From Rhodothermales bacterium (GTDB lineage Bacteria; Bacteroidota; Rhodothermia; Rhodothermales; Bin80), in the NCBI GenBank assembly GCA_958296045.1, contig CATQHT010000001.1:885102-949101 (forward strand): a stretch of DNA of 64,000 nucleotides, written 5' to 3'. Below the pieces are notes generated by a model. The model was not told the DNA's origin. It did not search any database and worked only from the letters and a program-made list of their open reading frames with translations. The position numbers were made by a program, and so were the translations under genes. Below, piece by piece: positions 48,089 through 56,657 of this stretch; the stretch's first letter is position 1, and each line of letters opens with the position of its first letter.

Positions 48089-48783
48089 GTTTTCGCCAGC
48101 CCTTAGCGTGCGTTGACGTGAACAAGCCCCAGATAAGTTGCTGGACCGGCCCAAGCGCCGCCGCCGCCCTCACGCGAGGTCGGGAAAGTAATGGCGGTAC
48201 CTGGGGTAGCTGTTTGGCCAGGTGGCGGAGTCTTGTTACGACTGTTCCGAGCGGGGCCAGAATCTTCAGTGTCCAGCCGTATCGTACCCCTCGCTGACTG
48301 TGATGTGTAAGGGTCAGAAGGTGAGGTCGGTGCTTCCCATGGAGCTTCGCGTAGCATGCACGAGCAGGGCTCGCACACCTGCTGGCACTTCGTTAAGAAG
48401 CTTGGCGACTTGCTCGGGAACAGCGTGGGCGATGGTAGGTCTGGGCTGCGTGCTATGTCATACTTGGCGCGTACGAGACGGTAAGTGGGAAATGCTTTAG
48501 GATGCATTCCATTCGGCAACGCCACCGAGCAGTGGTGGCTCGCAAGTACCGGGCTGCAGCTCAAGCACCGCGCAGGAAGACACGTTTCTGGAAAAAGATC
48601 ATGTTCCCGGTCGTGGTGGCAGAAGTCGTGCTCATTACGTGCAGACTGTGATCGATGATGCGCGTAGGCTCGCGCAGCTGCAGCCTGAGCTGGGCGATGC
48701 CACAGACTAGAAAACCTTCGACTATGCTGAGTCCTGCATGCTGCTGATGAGCAGTGCTGAACCCAGCTACAGCACAGAATCGT

Positions 48784-49383
48784 ATGCTCAAGCCCGAACA
48801 CAAGTTTGCAGGTGCCGATTCGGCAGGTTATGATCGCGCGCTTGCGTTATTTCATCAATGGACGCATTCGTTGAGTCTGCGCCGCCATGCGCATGCGGTC
48901 GAGGCCGCCATGGAGCGGTATGCCACGCTTTGGAAGCAGGATGTGATCCTATGGCGCATCACTGGGCTGCTGCACGACATGGATTATGAGAAGCATCCCA
49001 CGCCGGAAGAACACCCTTTCGTGGGGGTAGCACACCTACAGTCGCTCGGCTATCCAGAGAGCGTTACTACCGCTATCATGGGCCATACCATGCACGGCCA
49101 TACGCCACGCGAGTCGCTCATGGCCAAGACGCTGTTTGCCTGTGATGAGCTGGCTGGGTTTATCACAGCGGTCGCATTGGTTCGGCCCACTCGGATGGCT
49201 GGCATGAAGGTCAAGTCCGTGCGCAAGAAGCTGAAGGACAAGGCCTTTGCGGCAGCGGTTAGCCGCCTGGAGATCGCGCAGGGTGCCAGAGAGCTTGGCA
49301 TTGCGCTACCGGAGCATATCGCAAACGTTATTGCGGCGATGCAGCACCGCGAGGCACGGCTTCAGCTGCCCCGGGCTCGATGA
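48784..49383 (+). CDS. HD-domain phosphohydrolase
   Basis: H..HA.AVEA.M and GLLHDMDYEKHP motifs. ATG 48784 chosen inside track ORF 48754..49383. Confidence 0.75.
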   Translation: MLKPEHKFAGADSAGYDRALALFHQWTHSLSLRRHAHAVEAAMERYATLWKQDVILWRITGLLHDMDYEKHPTPEEHPFVGVAHLQSLGYPESVTTAIMGHTMHGHTPRESLMAKTLFACDELAGFITAVALVRPTRMAGMKVKSVRKKLKDKAFAAAVSRLEIAQGARELGIALPEHIANVIAAMQHREARLQLPRAR

Positions 49384-50630
49384 ATCAAGAGCCACAGGAA
49401 GCACTTCTGGATTCATCGGCTACGCAGCCTGACAACCGGACGCTGTTTACTGGCTTAAGAGACATCGTCGCCCGTCACCTGCTGCATTGGCCTGCCAAGC
49501 CGGCAGCCAAGCGACACAGGGACATCGCGCCGCCCACTATGTCTGCTGCAACGCGTCTCCTTGCGCGCCTCATACCCTGGGGCCTTGGACTGACCTTCCT
49601 AGTGTCGTTTTTTTGGGACTTTGACGGGCTCGCTTTGGATTGGACCGGGCTGTCATTGCGACTGCTGCAGGATGATCAGGCCGTGCTGACCTGGAATCTT
49701 GCCTGGCTTCCTCTGCCTGTCCGAACCGCGGTTCTCCCGTTAGAGGGGCTGCTGCTGGTCCTTAGCTCCAGCGGTCTCATCGGCTTTTTTACCAACTGGC
49801 TTGCCATCGCGCTCCTGTTCCGTCCGCGCGGGCCCAGGCCGGTATTTGGGCAGGGCGTGATTCCCGCACAGCGGGAGAGCATCATCGTACGGCTGGCCAC
49901 GGCTATTGACGCGGAGCTGATTGGCCCTGAGGTTATCAAGCGAGGCATTCGCGACAGCAACCTGGTGCCAAGCTTTCTGGTGCAGGCACAGGTTGCGCTC
50001 CGCGGGCTGTTGGATGATGACGATTTTCGGACGGAAATACGCAGGGTGATCCGCGACTATGTCGAGGAGACGCTTAGCAGCGACGAGTTACGCCGGGAGA
50101 TTGCTGACTTCACCCTTGCTAGGCTTGAGCAGCACTTTGACAGGGGCGTTGGAGCGATCGCTATGAAGACATTGCTCCAGCTGACCCGGAGTCAGCTGCG
50201 CGCAGCGGTGGACCGTGCCATTCGCGAGATGCCTCAGGGCCTAGATATAGTGCTCGATAAGCTTGACAGGATGCTCGATTCCCTGCCGAATCGTCTTACC
50301 GAGCATACAGATGCCATTGAGGAATGGACTACCGGTGCGGTGCAGCGATTTGCGGGCAACCTTGACATCTATGGGATGCTTGTGAAGCAGATGCGCGACT
50401 TTGATGAGCAGCGCCTCGAGGATCTTATCAAAAACTCCAGCAACGATCAGCTAGACTACATCAAGTACCTTGGGGGTGTGCTGGGCACCGTGGGAGGCCT
50501 TGTGATTTTCAACAGGTGGCTGGCGCTGCCCGCGCTTGCGCTCCTGTTTCTGCTTCTGGTGGGCGTTGACGCGCTGCTTCTTAGGGCGCGAAAAATGCGG
50601 GAGCGAAGCTCTAACGGTGGCACCACGTGA
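49380..50630 (+). CDS. DUF445-family membrane protein
   Basis: FTNWLAIALLFRPRGPRPVFGQGVIPAQRESI motif and a C-terminal TM segment. Its start overlaps the HD gene stop (ATGA). Confidence 0.7.
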   Translation: MNQEPQEALLDSSATQPDNRTLFTGLRDIVARHLLHWPAKPAAKRHRDIAPPTMSAATRLLARLIPWGLGLTFLVSFFWDFDGLALDWTGLSLRLLQDDQAVLTWNLAWLPLPVRTAVLPLEGLLLVLSSSGLIGFFTNWLAIALLFRPRGPRPVFGQGVIPAQRESIIVRLATAIDAELIGPEVIKRGIRDSNLVPSFLVQAQVALRGLLDDDDFRTEIRRVIRDYVEETLSSDELRREIADFTLARLEQHFDRGVGAIAMKTLLQLTRSQLRAAVDRAIREMPQGLDIVLDKLDRMLDSLPNRLTEHTDAIEEWTTGAVQRFAGNLDIYGMLVKQMRDFDEQRLEDLIKNSSNDQLDYIKYLGGVLGTVGGLVIFNRWLALPALALLFLLLVGVDALLLRARKMRERSSNGGTT

Positions 50631-51614
50631 CGGTCGCTGAACAGCCTGCTCCGGTCTGAACTCTTCGAGAACAGCCTGCACTTGCGCCTGCGTGGCGGCC
50701 TTCATGAGGCGGGCCCGAAGCACGCTTGCTGAGCGAAAGCCCTTGAAATAGCCACCATACATGCGCCGCATTTCATTGACTCCCCGTCGTTCCCCCAGCC
50801 AAGCGCATTTGAGGTCCAGGTGCTCGGCCACTACGCCGATACGTTCTTCCCAGGTCGGCTGCGGTGGCACCGTACCTTTCGCCATGAATGATTTTGCATC
50901 GGAAAATACCCAAGGGTTACCGATGGCAGCCCGGCCGATCATGACCCCGTCCACGCCAGTTTCCTCGAACATGCGTGTCACCGCCTCTGGAGACAAAGCG
51001 TCACCGTTGCCGATGAGCGGGATATCGCGGAGTCCCTGCTTCTTGATGTCCCGCAGGTAGGCCCAACGCGCTTGGCCCCGGTACATCTGTTTGCGCGTAC
51101 GTGCGTGCACCGCCAGCGCCTTAATGCCACAATCTTCCAGCATCCGCGCTACGCGCACTATATCAATGGAGTTATCGTCCCATCCCAGCCGCGTCTTAAC
51201 GGTTACCGGACGTGTGGCAATCTCTACTACCGCACGGGTGATGGCCTCCATCTTAGGCAGGTTGCGCAAGATCCCCGCCCCGCCATCGCGGCATACCACC
51301 TTGCGCACCGGGCACCCGAAGTTGATATCGAGGATGTCCGGCTCTGCCGCGTCCGCGATAGCTGCTGCCTGACGCACCTGGCCCAGGTCGCCCCCGAAAA
51401 TCTGAATCCCTACCGGCCGTTCATTCTCCCGGATATCGAGCTTCATTACCGAGTCATGCGCCTGGTACACTAGGCCACCCGAAGAGATGAATTCCGTGTA
51501 TACCACATCCGCGCCGTACCGCTTGCATATAGCCCGAAACGGCGGGTCCGACACATCCTCCATGGGTGCCAGCATCAGGGGACGCGGGCCCAGCTCAATG
51601 TTGCCAATTCGCAT
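50451..51614 (-). CDS. dusB: tRNA-dihydrouridine synthase (DusB-like)
   Basis: LAPMEDVSDPPFRAICKRYGADVVYTEF, DINFGCP, the HARTR catalytic region. ATG 51614 chosen. The basic C-terminal tail overlaps the DUF445 gene by 180 bp. Confidence 0.85.
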   Translation of the reverse strand: MRIGNIELGPRPLMLAPMEDVSDPPFRAICKRYGADVVYTEFISSGGLVYQAHDSVMKLDIRENERPVGIQIFGGDLGQVRQAAAIADAAEPDILDINFGCPVRKVVCRDGGAGILRNLPKMEAITRAVVEIATRPVTVKTRLGWDDNSIDIVRVARMLEDCGIKALAVHARTRKQMYRGQARWAYLRDIKKQGLRDIPLIGNGDALSPEAVTRMFEETGVDGVMIGRAAIGNPWVFSDAKSFMAKGTVPPQPTWEERIGVVAEHLDLKCAWLGERRGVNEMRRMYGGYFKGFRSASVLRARLMKAATQAQVQAVLEEFRPEQAVQRPSRGATVRASLPHFSRPKKQRVNAHQKQKQERKRGQRQPPVENHKASHGAQHTPKVLDVV

Positions 51615-51852
51615 GCGGCATACTACAGGGCGGGTTGGGGCCGGTTTCCATGCTGGGTCGCGTTCTATCGCCTTGCCCTGCCCCGCCAGCAGGTTCGGCA
51701 CCAATAGCGGAGCCATAGCTATGCCGCCTGCAGGTCTGGGCGCAGGGCTCATATGGCCCGATGCCATGCGATTGGACGATTACACGGGGAAAGTGAAACA
51801 TTCGGTCTACTTTTGCGCAGAACACTAACAGTCGTATCAGATTTCTTGCGCT

Positions 51853-52113
51853 ATGACAGACCGGCTCTTACGCGGGCTTCTTTATTCCTTGGTCATGGTC
51901 TTGGCCCTTGCCATGGCTGGTTGTATCGGGATCGACTCACTTTGGGGTGCTGGCAGCGGCATATGCGGCCTGATCGTTCTGGTTCTTGACATCATTGCCA
52001 TTGTAGAGATCGCTGGCAGTGGCAGGACCGTAGGCGGCAAGTTGCTATGGGTCCTTTTCATCATCTTTGCGCCCATCGTCGGGCTGATCGTGTACTACTT
52101 AGTCGGCCGGTAG
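51853..52113 (+). CDS. PLDc_N-domain small membrane protein
   Basis: GKLLWVLFIIFAPIVGLIVYYLVGR C-terminal signature and two TM segments. Confidence 0.7.
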   Translation: MTDRLLRGLLYSLVMVLALAMAGCIGIDSLWGAGSGICGLIVLVLDIIAIVEIAGSGRTVGGKLLWVLFIIFAPIVGLIVYYLVGR

Positions 52114-52395
52114 CAGGCCTCACCTGGGTGGCTTCGTGGTCGGTTGTGGGGTCAGTTTGGGCTGCGAATGCCCTAAGTCGCTAGAGTGACCAGCTCTTTG
52201 ACTGCTGTGCTACCAGAAAGGCTGATCCAATGCAGGCGGGCGCCAACATTGTGACGTGTACGGGCATCACCCTCTGACTGTGCTCGGCTTGCGCATGGCG
52301 TATGCTTCGCCATGTGGGGCATGCGCGATGTTAGCGTTCCATGCTGATTCGCAGGTTGGAGCGATCGGCTTGACTTTTGCATTGAGCCCAGACCC

Positions 52396-52420
52396 GGGCG
52401 CGTAATGCCGCGCCCTTTTT
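52396..52420 (+). terminator. rho-independent terminator-like hairpin
   Basis: A 7-bp GC stem (gggcgcg/cgcgccc), a 6-nt loop (taatgc) and then TTTTT at 52416-52420. Confidence 0.5.
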
Positions 52421-52774
52421 CGGCGATTCGAAGAGTTTGTCTGTTGCAATCGGGTCGCGCTTGATACAGGTGCTCATCGGAGGTGGAACGCACATGCTGT
52501 TCACCAGCAGCGCGATTGCTAAGTTAGGACTACGGGCTATCTTCTCTTGGATCGCGTTTCCGTTTCCGCGCACTTGTGGCAACCCAAGGTGGAAAATGTT
52601 GTTGGGTCGTGAATGGGTCGACATTTCGAGTTGGCATTGGGCTTCGCCTTTCAGCGTGGTAGGTAGGACGACCTTGCCGCCTACTGTTGCGCTGCTGTCT
52701 TGCGGACGGCGCTGGACCCAGACCGGAACTGTGCGGTCCGATCTTCTCATAGCCATTGAACCCGATTTCCATTG

Positions 52775-54043
52775 ATGTTTGCCAGCGTCAGGGCCGTCAG
52801 CAAACCACCAGTCGCCATTCGTCGGTTAGCAGGGATCGCTGTAGTGGTTGCCGCCCTGGCGGCAGCCGCATCGATTCGACCAGAGGATCCGTCCAGATTA
52901 CCGCCGACGGTGATCCTGGTGTCGCTGGACGGATTCCGCGCGGACTACCTTGAGCGATACCAGCCGCCGACGTTGCTCCAGATGGCAGAAGAAGGGGTGC
53001 GTGCCGAATACCTGCAGCCGGTGTTTCCTACCAAGACTTTTCCCAATCACTACACGCTTGTTACGGGCAGGTACGTCGAGAACCACGGCATCGTTGCTAA
53101 CACGATGCACGATGCGGAGCTTGGTCGTTTCAGCCTGGGCCGCCGCGCGGCCGTCACTAACGGAGCGTGGTGGGATGACGCAGAGCCTATATGGGTAACG
53201 TTGCACAAGGCTGGTGTCTGGAGTGCTATGTATTTCTGGCCCGGCTCAGAGGCGGAGATTAGCGGTGTCAGGCCTGCCTTGTTTCGGCCGTTTAGTGGTT
53301 CTACGCCCGCTGAGACTCGCATCGCATGGGTGATGGCCGCCTTAAGGATGCCGCCGGAGGACCGTCCTCAGCTGATCTCGCTGTACTTCGAGGACGTAGA
53401 CACGGCAGGCCATGCCCACGGGCCCCAGAGCGATGAGGTGCATGCAGCCGTTCATTCGGTGGATCGGTATCTCACACACCTAGACAGTCTACTGCACGGA
53501 GCCGACCTGTATGAAGACGTCAATGTGATTGTTACGAGCGACCATGGCATGGCACCGACAAGCTCCGATTCTGTCGTACTGCTGGATAACTACGTCAGCC
53601 TTGACAGCCTATCTGTGGTCGACTGGGATCCCGTGGTAGCGCTCAATCCGAAGCATGGCAATGCTGATGAGCTCCTGGTCGCGCTTGAGCGGATGCCCCA
53701 CGTCTCCTTTTTCAGGAAGGAATCCGTTCCTGCTCGGCTGCACTATAGCCGACACCATCGAATACCATCGATCATTGGTATTGCGGACGTGGGGTGGCGC
53801 ATTTCCAGCCGAGCCTATTTTGAGGCCAACCGGCAGCGATTCGATGGCGGGACCCATGGCTACGACCCTGCATCCCCATCAATGCATGGCATCTTCCTGG
53901 CTCGGGGGCCCGCGTTCGAGGCAGGTACTTTGTCCGCCGGCATTGAAAGCATCCATATCTACGAGCTGCTTTGTGCCATCTTCGGGGTAGATCCTGCGCC
54001 CAACGATGGCCGCCTGAACGCTGTTAGGCACCTGCTACGTTAG
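52775..54043 (+). CDS. ectonucleotide pyrophosphatase/phosphodiesterase (alkaline-phosphatase superfamily)
   Basis: VILVSLDGFRADYL, FPTKTFPNHYTLVTG (nucleophile Thr), DHGM, GTHGYDP motifs. Confidence 0.85.
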   Translation: MFASVRAVSKPPVAIRRLAGIAVVVAALAAAASIRPEDPSRLPPTVILVSLDGFRADYLERYQPPTLLQMAEEGVRAEYLQPVFPTKTFPNHYTLVTGRYVENHGIVANTMHDAELGRFSLGRRAAVTNGAWWDDAEPIWVTLHKAGVWSAMYFWPGSEAEISGVRPALFRPFSGSTPAETRIAWVMAALRMPPEDRPQLISLYFEDVDTAGHAHGPQSDEVHAAVHSVDRYLTHLDSLLHGADLYEDVNVIVTSDHGMAPTSSDSVVLLDNYVSLDSLSVVDWDPVVALNPKHGNADELLVALERMPHVSFFRKESVPARLHYSRHHRIPSIIGIADVGWRISSRAYFEANRQRFDGGTHGYDPASPSMHGIFLARGPAFEAGTLSAGIESIHIYELLCAIFGVDPAPNDGRLNAVRHLLR

Positions 54044-54549
54044 CGGCTCTAAGCCCTGCGCATACAAATTACGATGTAATCCGCACGAAAGCCTGGTGCG
54101 GGGAACCCGCACGCCGTGGTTTGACGTGGCGGAGTCTGGAAACGTGATTCTAGGAGACGGCGGTTACCGACCGAGTCCCGTGGGTTGGCGCGCCAGATCC
54201 CGGCTTTGATTGCGCGAGCCCGTGGGCGAGGATTCCCCGGGCAATTCAACGATGCATTCGAAGTCTTTGAGGCGCAGCGCACACGGAAGCGTACGGAATT
54301 GCTGGCACGGGCCAAGTTCGGTCGGAATCTGGGTAAGAACCACGGTCGCCTGTGGAATGCGATGCGCAGTGGACCTCCCGCGGGTGTGATGGAGCTGCTG
54401 TTAGAATATCTGAGTCTTCGTGTCAAGTCTGGTCGGGTCACGCACAAAGGCTGTCCGAAGGTATCCGTCCGAAAGTCTGCCTCTTGAACAGGTACAATTA
54501 CTGCCCGACCTTGTGGGAGGTACTATTGGCCAATCCATGAGGTCGGGGC

Positions 54550-54867
54550 ATGGCCACGAGAGTCAGGGGCACATCAAAGGTGACGATTCCGTTGATCGCG
54601 CTTCATTTGCGCGATTCGCAGCGTGCGGAGGCACTTTGCCCGGAGCATGGCAATGGGCGTAGTCAGCTGATGTCCAGGCGCCGCAAGAACGCGGCATCTT
54701 CGTCTGAGGTGGTGGCGACGCGTTTGTGGAGGTGCTTCCCCTTGTTCGGCCAGACCGAGGAGCGTCGATGGGGTTGCAGTTTCCAGGCGGCGCCTGTTTG
54801 CGTGTATTTTCGCCAGCATCGTCGTCTGTCGGCGCTGAATCATGCTGAGGGTGGCAACTCATGTTAG
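54550..54867 (+). pseudogene. IS66 orf1, frameshifted
   Basis: MATRVRGTSKV.. matches the intact orf1 up to ..AASSS, after which the sequence is out of frame. Confidence 0.7.
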
Positions 54868-55208
54868 CGCTGGGACCTGCTGACCGCTCTTACGTGTATT
54901 GCGTACCATCGGACCTGCGGAAGGGATTTGACGGCCTATGCGGTCTGGTTCGTTCAGGGATGAATCGGGATCCATTGTCGGGTGATATCCGTGTCCTGGT
55001 CAATCGTCGTCAGACGTACATCCAGCTCTTGGTGCGGGATTGCAGCCGGTTTGCGCTTTGCTACAGGCGTCTGGAGTCGGGAACGTTTGCGCTTCCTGTC
55101 ACGGGCACGCCGGATTGGACGCAGGTTGTTTGTCTTTTAGAGGGTGCATCGCTGAAGTCTGTTCGTTATCGTTGGCGTAACACGCTCCCGGTGGCTGCGC
55201 GCGGTTGA
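54861..55208 (+). CDS. IS66 Orf2 (TnpB), diverged orphan copy
   Basis: At 115 aa it is colinear with 18447..18794 (SDLRKGFDGLCGLVRSGMNRDPLSGD...YRRLESGTF). It probably has no function without tnpC. Confidence 0.6.
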   Translation: MLALGPADRSYVYCVPSDLRKGFDGLCGLVRSGMNRDPLSGDIRVLVNRRQTYIQLLVRDCSRFALCYRRLESGTFALPVTGTPDWTQVVCLLEGASLKSVRYRWRNTLPVAARG

Positions 55209-55832
55209 ACTTTTTCGTGCGATATCTCATCTTACCGAAAGAATCCCGGTTGGTGATGGAGTCCCAGATATTAGCCACCTGACAGATCCGGGCCGACGCC
55301 GCTACTGCTCCGCTGCTACCAGCCAGCATCGCATAGCAATTAAGGCCTCTACACAGCTCCGCCACCGGTGCCAGTAGCCCTCCGTAAGTGTCCAGTTTAC
55401 CTCGGATTGCTCGTCCACTTTGGATCGGATGATGCAACCTTATTGTCCACGGAGGCCTTGAATAAATGGGCCTAGTAAGAAGTCCCCCCTTCCCCTTCCT
55501 CCGCTTCCGCCGCACGATACCACTAATGCCGTTCACCATAGCCGCCTCGCCGTGGCATACGCTAGGAGGTCACCATCGCCAATCCGGTCCACCCTGGCTA
55601 GGCCAGGGACGCAGCGCCCAGGTCGCGGTGTGTCCAGGCGCAGTAGAGCCCTGCCCGTATCGATTGTTTGTGCCCCGGGCATGTGGTGGTGGTGTGGTCC
55701 GCACCGCGCGCCTTCCTAAAGCGGAGGCCATGCGCAGAGTAGTTCCAAAGGACGACATGAAGCACTTGCCCAAACGTTACCTGCGCGCGTAACGTATAAA
55801 CCTCTTCGCTGTCCCCTTTCCCGCCAATCGCC

Positions 55833-56381
55833 ATGCGTGCCGCCCTGCCGTTCTTGTTTTCGCTGTGTATTAGTCTTCTGGCATCTGTGCCCGCCATGTG
55901 GGCCCAGGAAACCCCGGAAGCTGATCCAGCAGATGTAGCGTCCGTTGATGCCATCATCGCCGCGCTATATGATGTGATTTCCGGCCCCGCTGGTTCACGT
56001 GACTGGGATCGCTTTCGGTCGCTTACCACCCCGTCATGCCGCCTGACGCCCACATACATGGATTCCACGGGCGCATCCGTCTACAGAACATGGACGACTG
56101 ACGAGTACGCAGAATTTGCAGGCAGGTATTTTGAGCAGAACGGTTTCTTTGAAGTCGAGATTGCCCGCACCACGGAGCGGTATGGCAACGTCATGCATGC
56201 CTTCAGCACGTACGTATCCTATCACAATGCCGACGACGAAGAACCCTTCCAGCGGGGGATCAATAGCATCCAGATACTGTGGAGCCAAGGTCGCTGGTGG
56301 ATTCACTCCATACTGTGGCAGCCGGAGCATGACAATCTGCCGATTCCAGACGATTACCTTCCCGGTAGCGATGGTCCCTGA
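55833..56381 (+). CDS. secreted NTF2/SnoaL-like fold protein, hypothetical
   Basis: Signal peptide ..LLASVPAMWAQ. The size and pattern (VDAIIAALYDVISG...GRWWIHSILW) resemble DUF4440/SnoaL-like proteins. Confidence 0.45.
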   Translation: MRAALPFLFSLCISLLASVPAMWAQETPEADPADVASVDAIIAALYDVISGPAGSRDWDRFRSLTTPSCRLTPTYMDSTGASVYRTWTTDEYAEFAGRYFEQNGFFEVEIARTTERYGNVMHAFSTYVSYHNADDEEPFQRGINSIQILWSQGRWWIHSILWQPEHDNLPIPDDYLPGSDGP

Positions 56382-56657
56382 GCGTGTCTCTGGGCATAGC
56401 GTGCCATCTATCGGGACCTGCTACCCTGATTCTCACGCTGCAACCCTGCACGGAACGCCAGGCAAGGCCCGCCGCGCAGCACCATCTCGAGGCTTGGATC
56501 ACCCGGCTAATCACGGCCGACTGGGGCGTAGCTACCAGCCGCGCAGCACCCACCAGTGCGGCATCACCCTCCCCCGCACCCTGCAGGTGTTGGCTGCAAT
56601 CACAACCCAGAAGCGTATGTGTTTGGTAAAACGCAGCGGTCTGCCAGGGGGTAGGCG

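Larger units (their letters stand above)
54461..55235 (+). mobile_element. IS66-family remnant (left end, orf1 and orf2 only)
   Basis: The left IR GTATCCGTCCGAAAGTCTGC sits at 54461. Similarity to the intact copy runs through orf2 and about 25 nt beyond, then stops. There is no tnpC and no right IR. Confidence 0.8.

Noticed and set aside
48103-48801. A 232-aa minus-strand ORF downstream of tnpB
   Set aside because: It has Pro/Ser/Ala/Arg-rich, low-information composition and no motifs. It spans the HD-gene promoter region and the putative tnpB 3' region, so it is likely a GC-driven open frame.
52331-52756. A 141-aa minus-strand ORF in the gap before the phosphodiesterase gene
   Set aside because: It has no recognisable family, its start is unclear, and it contains a plus-strand terminator hairpin within it. 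It is left unannotated.
54185-54487. A 100-aa plus-strand ORF as an intact gene
   Set aside because: Its last ~9 codons lie inside the IS66 remnant's left end, so at best it is a truncated gene. No family was recognised.
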